Shown one piece after another: positions 1 to 12,500 of a stretch of DNA of 64,000 nt. The notes beneath the pieces were generated by a model that saw only the letters and a list, made by a program, of their open reading frames with translations, was not told the DNA's origin and made no database searches. How positions within the stretch are numbered: the first letter of the stretch is position 1; the number at the start of each line of letters is the position of its first letter. Source of the stretch: Botryllus schlosseri (Eukaryota); contig CM119383.1 of the NCBI GenBank assembly GCA_051294905.1, positions 11,656,001-11,720,000 on the forward strand, in the 5' to 3' direction. A program made the translations under genes and the position numbers.

Positions 1-383
1 AATGACGCACCCACCTGTCTCTTATACATACAAATCGGCACGTACGACTGTATAAGAATATGCAATTATGAAGGATATATAACTACCTACATCGCTTCAT
101 TAATTTTCCATTTCTCGCACAATTCTGTACATTTTCCCGCCGGGTCATACAGACGCTGAAACTCTGGGGTAGCGTGGAGACTGGAGAGGAGACATGGCGA
201 AGCAGACACGATAACCTAAAAGCAATTCCGTCACGTCTATCGGCATAGCACCTGAATGGTGCGGACGACAATAAAACTGAATTCCTTCCTTTTTATACAA
301 CAAAACGACCACTCCAATAATAGCTTGATCACTCACTTCCAATGAAAAGGTGCACACTGCACATAAAGCAATAAAATCTTAAA

Positions 384-410
384 CTGTAAAATTAATGAAT
401 TGACTTTATT
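384..410 (-). promoter_or_regulatory. Putative PSME4 polyadenylation signal (AATAAA, 405-410) followed 20 nt downstream by a splice-acceptor-like ttttacAG (384-385)
   Basis: tttatt at 405-410 on the plus strand, 168 nt past the PSME4 stop. The minus strand then reads gtcaattcattaattttacag. Confidence 0.5.
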
Positions 411-577
411 CCATAATCTTAAAAATCCATTCAAGAAAAATACGCGACTTGAGAGGAAACAGACGAGACAGAGAAAATGAAGCAAAATGAAAGAAATCCG
501 AGATAGCACTGATTCTTATAAAACGCACCCACGACAAATCCCCAAAGCATACATACACAAACGCAACAGAACCGACT

Positions 578-3500
578 TCAGGCGTAATAACACGGCGATA
601 CCAATAGATCCGTGAGAATACAAAGTTGGTCATCGGTGAACTTCAACTTGTCCAGATGCCATGAATCGTGGTGCGTGCGTCGGAATTCAGAAAAGGTCTT
701 TTTGACAGTGCTCTGTAAGATTGTGTTATCGCAGCCGTTATAAAAGACTGGGAAGAGAACAGGTATCGATTTAACTTACTTCGATTGGTTGCGGGTCGTG
801 AAGATGATTGCTCAGATCCATGAGTAGATCAGGAAGATAATCCGGGATTGAGTAGGAGTTTGATAAAATGCAAGCGCTTAACGCCAATACGCCCGAGTGC
901 CGGCTGCGAAGTTCTAGTGAAAATATATCAATTTATGAGTAAAGGAATAGACTGGAAATTTGAATCCGAATTTATAATCAATAAACATATACAAAACATG
1001 ATTCGTAATACTTTTTTGATACTCTGCTTTTCCCATTTCTTGCGGCTTCTCTCTTTTCTTCTGCTTAACACGAATTTTGCGATTGCAATCGATAAACTGT
1101 GTCAAATTCTCGTCGATTTTCAAAAATCCGCACTGCAGGAGCCCGCCTAGAGTTTTTGTCGCCATTTCACGAACCTTTGAAAACGATAAAATCGAACTGA
1201 AAAACTTGGCCGAATCCATGCCCAGTCTCTAGAGGTGGTAGAAGTAAATCAGCCTTAATAGTCAAGTAGAAGTAGCAATCTACAAGACAATGTCAACGGA
1301 AGTAGAAAATGAGTGCTGCGAAAACTACTCAAGTAAGTCAACTCAGAAACTGAATTTGGAAGACGGATTGCAAAATTTTACCTGTTAATCGGAGGTGGTA
1401 TATTTTCGAAATTTCAGGATGTACCTACTACCTACAACACGAGATGACAGATGTCACTACAAATAGGCGCAATCTTCGATTATACATTCAGACTGAGATA
1501 AAGGGGCTATTTTACACGACTCTTATGACAATTTCACTGACACAAACATATCACTTTACAATTCCAAATTGTAGACAGTGAAATTGTAGAAGTGGAAGTG
1601 GGGGCAGTCTAAATAAAACCACTAAGTGAGTAGCGGAAGTAGGCAAAACTTACTCCATTACTGCATTTCTCATGAGTACAGCGATTTTTTTTACATGTCA
1701 AAAAAAGTAAAAATTTAGTAAAAATTGTAGCTTTAGGTAAAAAAAGTCAAAATTCTTTACAAAGCCAAAATTTTTTTGCAACCCCACATTTCGTTTGTAT
1801 CGTAGATTTTGCACTGTCAGTGAACTTATCATTTGACATTTTACAGCTTGTAGCCTACTTAATAGGCCTGCCGTTGTAGAAGGCCTATTCTCTGCTCATT
1901 GTGAATCATAAACATTCAAATGAAACAAATAGGTTGACAAGGTGTTATGCTCAACGTACCGCAATATCCTAACTGAAGCAAGACTTGCGTGGGTATTCCA
2001 TAGTTCTTATATCGAGAAGCACATGATGAAAAATTGTGATGTCGACACCATTGTCGGAATGAAGCAACACGGTTTGTCACCAGCAGTGTAGGCACAACTT
2101 CAGTGTTGCCAGCCAACAACTGCTGCTGTTGAACGTACTTTCTCCATTCTTGGCAAGCTACTTAGTAGGGACAGACACATTCTACCAGAGAATGTAGGGA
2201 AGTATCTTTCGTTGTACTACAAAAATTTTTGATCATTTCTACCATAATATGTGATGTAACTACTGGAATTCTTCATACGGCCAGATTTCATTTAAATGAA
2301 GTTTTTTCATGTAAAATTTGTCAGTTTTCGAGTCAAAAAAGTATTTCAGGCCAAACTACTTCGTAAGGACAGACAGTTCCAACCAGAGATGAAGATAAGT
2401 AGTACAATTCCTACATTTCGTGGGAAAACACCTAATTTGCATACGTTAGTCGGATTTTTTTAAGGTAAAAAAATGTCAAAATTTTGATTTTTTAGGTCAA
2501 AATCTTGCGTTTTTTAGGTAAAAAAAATCGCCCTACTCATGAGGAAAATCGAAGCATTGAATCTAATTCCCGCAGCCCTACCTCCAGCTGTTCATCCGCG
2601 ATCAGCTTCAAAATAACATCTCTCAAAACCGTGACGCATCGCGGGCGCTCCTTCAGAGTGAACAGGTTGTTGTAAATGAAGATTTGCAAAAATTTCAACA
2701 CTGTGTAACGCGCGTGCCACGACGACAAGCCCGAAATCTGAAGAACAAAACGACAGTGAAGGGTCTCTACACCGTCCCAGTCAAAGGAAGCGCCCCGCAA
2801 AGTACCTCCTGCACGGTTTCCATTGCAAGAACGAGTTGCTCGGGCGGGCAGTAGCTCTGCGCCAGGCACGAAAGTGATCGTTGCGTATCGTGATGAAGCT
2901 CTTCGTCCGGGCCTTGTGTGTCGACGGGAGACATCTTGAGACACAAACAACCAATGAAAATTTGCTACAGAAAACTGTGAAAGTCAAATCATTCGATTTT
3001 TCAAACGACGCACAAAGCAAATTTCCGGATGCTAAATTCACAAATACGTCTCGAGTACGAGTAGAGGTGCCCAGTAACAAAATGTTTCTACTTTTTTGAG
3101 CACTCGAGTATATTTCGACTACTTGCTCAAGTGATTGCATTTTTAGACTACTTAAGTAATTTCTACTTCTCAGAATTTACCACGTATCAAGAAGCATTAG
3201 ATTGACTTTACATCGCTGTTATCATCACTGTCGACCCTATATCGCGATAACCAGGATTATCAAATTTATATCTAGTTAGGGAGCTCTTGTCTTATCATGA
3301 ATTAGCAGCTCCTTTTGCTCTAGAGGTCATTAATACCACCACTACTCAAGCTCCTGTACTTTTGGCTGCCCTTCTGCAAAAACAGTTTCAAAAATATCAG
3401 GGTTACGACGTTCTATGTGACATTCACACCCTGCACACTAGTGACCCTGTACATTTCGCTTTTAGATTTAACCGGGCACCGTTTCCAGATAACCTTGCAT

Positions 3501-6500
3501 ATTAGAGGTAGCAGTTTCCAAACGCAAGGAATGTTGGGTTGGAAGCTGCTTCTTTGGCCGGATATGATGAACTTCATCAGCGTTTTCAACAAACGAATCG
3601 CCGAATTCCTTTCCTTATCGACCGCAGAAATGGAGTCTTCTGAATCCATGTCTTCCACATCTGAAAACAGGCAGGTTTTAGTATCCGAGTATATAAACAA
3701 AACAGAAGATGTGCCTGACCTGTCTTTGCGTTAGAATTTTGAAGCCTCTTGCTGTGGGCAGGGTTTCTTGTCGGTGCAATACCAACACTTTCATCCGACG
3801 ACATGAGTTGGTTGTTCAAGAACTCTTTCATTGCTGTTTTTTTGTCTGATAAAAAAAATACGCCATTGGCACTTGAAGTAACACCGCGAGACCAATGGCG
3901 AGAGTGTAGCTCTAAAAGGTGAAAGTGACCCGATAAATTGCGTTGAAACAGAGAAATGTGTTACGGGGTAGAAAATGTTTCGTATCATAAGTAGGGCAAG
4001 TTTTTGTTGCAGTTAAATCCGTGCAAAGTTGCATTTATTTTTGAAAAAAGTTGAAAAGTTGCAGAAGTTGCATTTTGACCACATTTTGCTCGGTTGACTA
4101 AAAATAAAAGGTCAATTTTCCGGCTCAGCTACCGAAATACCCGTAAAAGCGTTACTTCGGTGCTGATTTACGATCCGTGGAAAGTTGCATTTATTTTTGA
4201 AAAAAGTTGAAAAGTTGCAGAAGCTGCATTTTGACCTCATTTTGCTCGGTTGACTAAAAAAAAAGGTCAATTTTCCGGCTCAGCTACCGAAATACTCGTA
4301 AAAGCGTTACTTCGGTGCTGATTTACGGTGTTTCAATCGAATTTGGCGGTGTATTTCACCAAAATTGAGTTGCAAAAAGTTGCATGGAAAAAATGGACAA
4401 AAGTTGCAAAAAGTTGCACTATAAGATTCCTTCAAACAGCTTAAAACAGCATTCTACATATCTTACGAGTATTTAGGAAGCTGCCGGAAGCTGTAAAAAA
4501 AAGTTGCAAAAGTTGCAAAAACTTGCCCTAATTATAAGGTGTCAGTGTGCCAATTGTCACCGCGTCACATGACCGTGTGAGATATTAGGAGCTCAAATTT
4601 GTAGATTTTACGCGACTACTAAAAACACTGTCAATTATACACCGAATACATGATTATTGGGTATTTTTCGACCAGACCAAATATATCTAGCTTAGACACA
4701 ATGCTGAGCGTCGATCAATTCAAGTCTTCCCGGAAATGTTATTATTTCTATTGACTTGACTAGCTTCGTTCTGAATGATGTGGATGCCATGGTTTCAAGT
4801 CTTCAACGGCGGGAAAAAGTATCAAGACAACAATATCAGTGCCATACATAAAGTAATCCCCTACCATTACTCGAACCATAATATTTTGATACATACTCCT
4901 TCCGATATGACTACTTGAAACATCGAGCTCAAACATAGTTGTTACGACAGAAAAAAGGCCCGTCAATAATTCACGAAAAAATCTCGCCGCCGACGTAGCA
5001 CCGACCTTCATGGGCAAACGACGAATCCGACAGAATCTTCTGAAGACCGTGCTGTAGGTTGATCATAACATTTTGAGGTATGTCGACCTCCATCTCCAAG
5101 TCCAAGTCTTCGGCCGAAGAAAGAGACGTTAAAAGCTCATGTGACGCCCCGAAATTCGGAATCGCTAAATGTATAGCAATTTTCACCGACGGCCGATTCG
5201 ATTTCAAGGACTCGAGCACTCAAACCAGAGGTAGTCAAAATTGTCATCTTCGCTACTCATGTAGAAGTAAGAGTAACATAAATTTATACTCGAGTACAAA
5301 TAGAAGTAGTGATATCCAAGCAAGCATAAGATAAGTATTTTAGCCTCAGTTTCAGTTAAAAACTGTCAACTAGACTTAAAATAAAATTGTAACCACTTCA
5401 GTAGTTCTAGCAGGCAAAACCTACTAGGAAAAGTATGAGTACTTTCTCACTGACCACTGCAGACTCAAACTGACCTGAAGTTCCTGAAGAAGATGCTTTT
5501 GTATCTGTATCGGACTGGACCGCAACTGGAAGATTCGCTTCGACCAGCAACGGAGACAGACGTTGAAACACACGCCTTATGAACGCGTCCCGCTTCGGCG
5601 CGTAAAATCCGTGGTTTCCGAGTAGAGTGCAGTCGGGAAGGAATATAGTTGCTAGTACGCTGAAATATTATTACAGTAAAGTATGTTATTCGCCAAGCAG
5701 TATTTTCTAGTGATACACAATGAGCTAGGCACCAGGGATGACCAAGGGTTTATGCCCAACGAAAATAGTAGTTCCCTAACGTCGAATCTTTGGAATTTTC
5801 CAGAGGCTGTCAATGTATTCATCATTGCTATTCTACTTCAGTAGAAGTTTAGGTAACACGAATTACATTTCTACTCTTTTCAGCCCGATTATTCGCCGTT
5901 GACATCATATTTGGTAATACGTTTGTTGATATACAATGTCCTATCGAATTCTCCAATAAAACCTAAAGAGCCTCTTGGAGGTACAGAACTACTGTATATA
6001 ATTGAATAGTATATTCATATTGAAATAAACTCAAACATATCCAACTGACACTCGTCAAAGGTAATCGTCAGCAACTAGTAGAGAATTCAAAAGAACATCG
6101 TATCTTCACAATCGTATCACAAAATATGACGTTACCAGCATGAAATTTCGAATACGAGAGCGTTCAATGTACTATTTTTAGATGGTGCATGAACTCTTTT
6201 TGTTGACACACCCTTGGCTGGTGTATTTTGATCAAAGTCGACTCCAAGGCACATAAATGAAAGTGTGAACGGCCCCTCCCAACGACGTGAAATCTGTCGT
6301 CTCGATAATTTTTCGCACAAGCGGGATTATCCAACAAATGTTTGCCAATGGCAGAATTTGTGGCCTTTGGTTGTTCCGCATCAATCTTCAGCGGATGAAT
6401 CAAGGGTCAAGGTCCTGATCACTCCCGACGAGTGTCAGCCAAAAATATTTGGGTTCATTCCAATATGAATATACTATACCTATGACGATTGCATACATAA

Positions 6501-9500
6501 AAGTGACGCAAACTAAGTGTAAAAATCAAGTATTTTTCTGCTTGGATATACAAGTACTTCGTTACTGACCAGTGACCACCTCTGGAATCTTCACAGAAGC
6601 AATATTCTCATTAAGTCAGGTGCATAATATACAAAGTCCAGAAGTAATAGCCTATGTTACGAATATTTCATAAACATGATGGATGAATCCAATAACGATG
6701 ATAGGATGCCATCCAAAACCACAACAGCAACCAACGAACAACCAATACGGTATTCACCTTCCCAATTTATCTCGTACGATCTTATACTGGTGGTCTAATT
6801 TTGGTTCGACATCGGCCAGTATCCGATGCATCAGCTCTGCGACTCTCCATTCCTGCTGTCGAATACCGCCCTGAACAAAAACAAATGCGGAAACTGGAAA
6901 GTAGTTTTAGGATATGCTCGCATCATTTTCGTCCGTGAAATTGTCACAACAACCGAGCAAAATAGCCCCCAGTTTCACGGTAACTGAAAATAAGTCCCAA
7001 TAAATCGCCTGTTTGGGGTGCTATTAGTAGGTCTGGGCAAAATCTAGTGCCTGTGTGATTCGATTCCCGGTAGAGTAGAGCGTTAAGCTTCGGGTCAAGA
7101 CGACTATTTGTGTACCACCTATTATAACATAATAACACTAATAACGACTTGAAAAGTGCAACATGATTTCGCAACTCTGGACCATGTCATTTTCGTAGCG
7201 CTTTGCGACGATTTTGAGGGCTGATCGCTACATGACGCTAATCATTGCCCAATGAATATTTGTAGCCTCATATAACATGTTTTTGTTGTTGAATTACGGT
7301 CGAACGAGGTTTCGAGGCTCCAGCATTGGGAATTAAGCATTCACCATCTATTTCTTGTTGATAAACTGATAACACTTTTGATGTGAAGGCATCAATTACA
7401 CAAGAAACGTACCATGAGTAAATACAATCGCGCTCCATCCATATACGATCCGCCTTTTCCGTTGATCGGGTCCTTCACCAAAAATTCCAGAAACCAATGC
7501 AGCTTTCGAGGGTCGCGATTTTGCTGTGAAGAGTGTAAAGCGTCACACGATAAACAGGACATTGGAACGTGCCGTGATAACAGATGGGGTAACTACCGTG
7601 ATGTGACCGTACGCGGTGAACCAGTCCTTCTGCGTTTCGGCGCTGACGTTGTCGCGAGCCGTTTCCAGCAGAGGCAGCAGCCATTTCCACAAGGCTTCGA
7701 CCTAAACAACAAAAACGCTAGGAAAACGGGGTTTTCAAATGCGTTAGGCACATTGTCTGCTCCGGTACTTCATCATTTTTTCACTTATTATTAGGGATGG
7801 TGTGAACCTCTGAAAGGTTCAGGTTCGTGTGAACGCGAACCTTTTCAAAAGGTTCTGTGTGAACACGAACGTGAACCTCATGACATGACGTGACGTCATA
7901 TTGCTAATTCCAACCCTTTTTTTCAATGAAGTGATAGCCCATATTAATGTACACGATACTTAGCGACGACTTGGGCCACATAATGCAACAATTCTGAAGT
8001 CCATATTGGCGTTTTAAACGTCGCTAAATGTATCAACTGAGGCAATCGAAGGATATAATACTCCCATAAAATCAATATCTTTCGTCGCTTTGCCAACAAT
8101 TTCGACGAGGACTTACCAGGGAATATACGCTTATCCCTCATCGGCAGGCCGTGTTATTTTTGGCATATGCCAAAACTGCCAAAAATAACTTATTTTTGGC
8201 ATTTTTCGATTTTTATTTTTGGCAGTTTTGGCATCGTCCTCTAAATAGATAGTTTTAGCCTCGAATTAGTCACAAAAACGCTTTATTTGGGCTAGTTTGT
8301 CAAAAGACACCACAAAATGTGCAGCATCCACGTATAATCAGTGCCAACAAACAATAATAAGAAGAAAAAACCTAACGATTTCATAGGTTAATAATACCAA
8401 ACGAAACCACAAAATGTGCAGTAGCCTATCCATCGGAATCGGTGCCAATAAGCAAAAAAATAAAGAAAAGCCTAACAAACACGCTCAACAGCTGATTGTT
8501 ACGGAGCTTCAAAATCTTTGAAGGGCCGAACCGGCTTCCATTCATCATGAAAAGAGATCACTTCGCCAGTGCCATCGATCTCATCGCGGAAAGAATTTTC
8601 TTCCTGATCCTTTTCCAGGAGTTTCCTGTGTTGTCTCTCAACACATTCTATTTAGTAGCCCGACTATCATTTGTCCTTCAGTCTACCGATATATTTTCGG
8701 ATGACTTTTGTCACTTCAAGTGGCTTTAATATTACCAACTCGCATGGAAGAGTCCTGGGAAGGTTAGCTTGTTTAAAAACATTGACGCAACAAGACTGTC
8801 TGGCAAAACGAGACTATCCAGCTCAGAAATAGCCAGACAGTTTGTTGCGTCACAATGTTCAACTCGATCACAATGCACAAATCGTGGTTGATTTGGGGGG
8901 TTCCAGTTCCATGAGCAGAATATAATTTATCTTTCAATAATCAGTATACTGCGGCAGCTTCTCATTGATACCCGTATTATCAAATTTAGCGCTCAACAAG
9001 CCGGTCCAAAATGGTCGTAAAATTGCCTTTGGACAAATGGAAAGTATGACGTAAACCAAATGCAGTCAGCCGTTCAATTTCACTGTGCTTTCACCCCTAA
9101 TGGGTGGGCTGGACCCAGATTAAGAAACCTGCCTTTCACAAACGCTCTTCTTGCTTGTAACGCAGTCCTGTTAACACAACACCATGAAAGAAATACACTA
9201 TTTGGCAGGCTGTGTTATTTTTGGCATATGCCAAAAATTGCTTATTTTTGGCATTTTCAAATTTTTATTTTTGGCAGTTTTGGCATCTGGCACCTGAAAT
9301 GCCAAAAATAACACGGCCTGCTCATCGGTCTAGGCCAGACCGGACAATGATTTCGGTGTCTGAATATTGTTACGTTGATATTGAGCAGAGTGTAAAATGG
9401 GTTTCTATACTTACTACCGATATTACCTCATTAAGAAGTTATGCAACAGTAGCCAACTCCACAATCGCACAGATTTGGTTTTAATGATGCAGTAAAGATA

Positions 9501-12500
9501 TGAAGTCAAGATTGACCCCGTACGCCTTCTCGAATATTTTACATCAGTAAACGATATCAATCTTATTGATTGGTTGAATAAGCATCCTTCGCTGACCACG
9601 TATTTCGCTTGTGATGTTGTGTGATTGCGGGTCAAGCTCACAGCAGAGAGTCACTAAATATTCACAAACGGAAAACTGGATAACTCGAGCAAACTTTTGT
9701 AACAAAGCAAGTAAAAATTTTGAGATTGTCAAGGTGCATGCTCATTTAGTGTTGATTTTTAATGCTGCCAACGCCATGCATAGAGTGGCCCGCAGTTGAA
9801 ATGCAATAAATTTAACCAATGATGTTATAATGAAGTGAAAATTGCAATATATGAAAAAGGTTCACAGTGCAGAACCTACCAAGGTTCTGTTGTGAACGCG
9901 AACCTCTAAATTTCCGAGGTTCACACACAGAACGCGAACGTGAACCTCACGTTCACACCATCCCTACTTATTATTGCGGAGGGACGCAAATATTTGATCG
10001 ACCGATGTCACAGACACCTTTGTACATCCTAGACCTCCACTACGAAAGAACACAGACGTGGGGGTTGAAACTCGCCTTTTCGAAAGTCCAATGCTTGGAG
10101 CCGATGACCAAGCCGGACACAAATTCTGCGACGCATCTCTGCGAGCTTTCTTGCGGGTCTTTCGCGAGCTCTACTATTTCGCTTTGAAACAGCGGCAAAA
10201 TGGAGTCGCCAAAATTCCGGAACACGCCCTGAAAGAACAAGGAATTCAGATTTCGTCTCGGTATCGATGTGGAATATTCCACACGTAACGTTCATTGCTG
10301 ATGCACTGCACTTCGCCCGATGACGGCATCCCACTTGAAATTGAAATAAATTACATTGAAACAAAATAACAGAGTACATAATATAATTATATTTGTGATT
10401 GGTAAAAATTGAGAAGACTTGCAACAGCTTTCCGAGGCATTAAATGATAGTTTAAAAAGTAGTCACCGCTATTGCCATAAATTAATAACACATAACCATG
10501 AATAAGATTCGATGGCGGCTACCTAATGATAGGATAGGGTGTGGTTTTCAAATGTTTTTGTTAGTCAGTTCGGTGATTGTAATGAGGTGATTCTCAAAGA
10601 TGCAGCAAATAATGGAATTGCGATATGGTTATAATCAAGTGGCAGTGCAAGGCATAAGCAATACCCGGTAATATGGAACACTGTCAGTGCCAAGTCTGCT
10701 AATATGCAGTGTTGGGATGACTCGAGTCAACTTTTTCGTATGACTTGACTTGACTCGAGTCACTCTGCCAAAATGACTTGACTTGACTCGGCGCTTCAGA
10801 CATGTGGATTGACTCGTGACTCGGAGCAAAATTCACGAGTCAATTTCAAGTCATCAAGTAAACTGGCTCGATTAAATATCGGTGTCTGGTGTATGTTCGG
10901 ATTGTTCGCGATACGCCGATGCCACTTGCGAGAATAACCATTCATTCACTGATTGTACGTTTCAATGATCCTCCATTGTTACATCACAAATAAATTGACC
11001 GCAAACGAAATGATCATAGCTTACGGTGTAGTAGTAGTAGATTAATCTAATTCTAGTAGCAACGCATCTCTGTTTCTTAGACGGCTCAGTGCTTACATTG
11101 CGCAGCGCTCACCTGTACCAACCCTATTGTATGATTTAAATCGAATGAATATAGTTTATGCGTTTATAATCTCACGGATGTGTAGATGGATGGGTTGTGT
11201 ATTGTACGATATCAATTTGTTTCAATTTCCCGAGGCTTCGAATTCGATCTTCAATTTTGGATGAGAATAACAGACTGTAGCATGGAGCTATACAGTTACT
11301 CACATATTTTATTACCAGTTCTACGTATGCGTGAGTGACACAACACCTCTTTACATGTATTCAACTTTATATTCGTTATTTCATTCAGGATAAATGGCCA
11401 ATTAATCTGTACTTCACGCAGCGAGCAAAACTTTGAATCATCACTCAAGCTTCAAAAATTCAATTTGACTTGAACTGTGACTTGACTCGTGACTTGACTT
11501 GACTCGACTTGACTCGAGTCACCTCCAAATAACGGGTGACTTGACTTGACTCGAGTCACCTTCCAAAATCGATTGACTTGACTCGAGTCAAAATGTGCAA
11601 TGACTCGAGATGACTCGTGACTCAAAGGTAGTGACTTGATCCCAACACTGCTAATATGTATTATAAATTTGACATTGTGAGAGTCAAATGCATTTGCGCT
11701 AGGGCTATTGAAGTATGATGCTTTGCAGTACCTTGAATAACTCAACTCTCTTGGCGTCGTACTTGTCGCGACCTTTGATATTTTCCAACGCGTGATACTT
11801 TAACAAGAGTTTCACAAACGACGGGTCCATGAATTTGTTGAATATCTCTTTTTCCCCCTTAACAAGATATAGCCCCTATATTAAATGTACATACGCATCC
11901 AGACATCGACCTACGTCAGGCATTTCTTCAATCGTCCTATCCAACTTGTAGCTGCCGTCGTACAAAGCGTACGTCTTCAGCTGGGACGGCCATTGGTAAT
12001 ACGACCAATGGGTTTTCTCGATGAAAATTGTCGAGTCGTACTTTTCGGCTGACGTCGGCAGATTTGCAGAGTCGTACTGCATGATTTTGTTGTCGGGACG
12101 GTCGCCGGGAAGGACTTCGTCTCTGTTAACCGGGATTCCGCCTAGGATAAGCAAATTTCAATACGAGTTGTGCAAATTTAACTCATGCAAGTCCCATATA
12201 CAGCTAACCTAAAAGAGTTGTTTTGCAATTTACTGAAGCCAATCCAAGTTTCGCAAATACAATAATTTCAGGGTGGTTTCAATACTGTTTCCCCATTGTT
12301 GGAGCCGCGAAACCTCAGCTAGCAGCAGTTCAGCATCAAAAAACATGCTGTACGTGGCTATACTAATATTTATGGAACGACATTTCTGCCAAGTAGTACT
12401 CAAATCAACCCTGACAATGCTCATAAAGCGCTACTAAATAGTCATAGCACAGACAAACAAAATTATTTTGGCCGTGTAACTGCCATCATTTTGAACATTT

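Noticed and set aside
7950-8140. Possible BED zinc-finger remnant (VAKCIN*) in the 7792-9966 element
   Set aside because: Too degenerate and interrupted to support.
8540-8650. Minus-strand [20 protein letters not shown] as a PSME4 exon (similar to YKNVRERIGS)
   Set aside because: The true exon with this homology is 6758-6870 (YKIVRDKLG), and this stretch is out of collinear order.
8496-8729. Plus-strand ORF resembling a Cys-loop receptor M4 helix ([20 protein letters not shown])
   Set aside because: No upstream channel exons. It lies inside a nested transposon, and the hydrophobicity is explained as the antisense of a purine-rich stretch.
9423-9641. ORF containing [11 protein letters not shown] as a PSME4 exon
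   Set aside because: The matching exons are 7597-7701 and 5475-5659, with proper splice sites.
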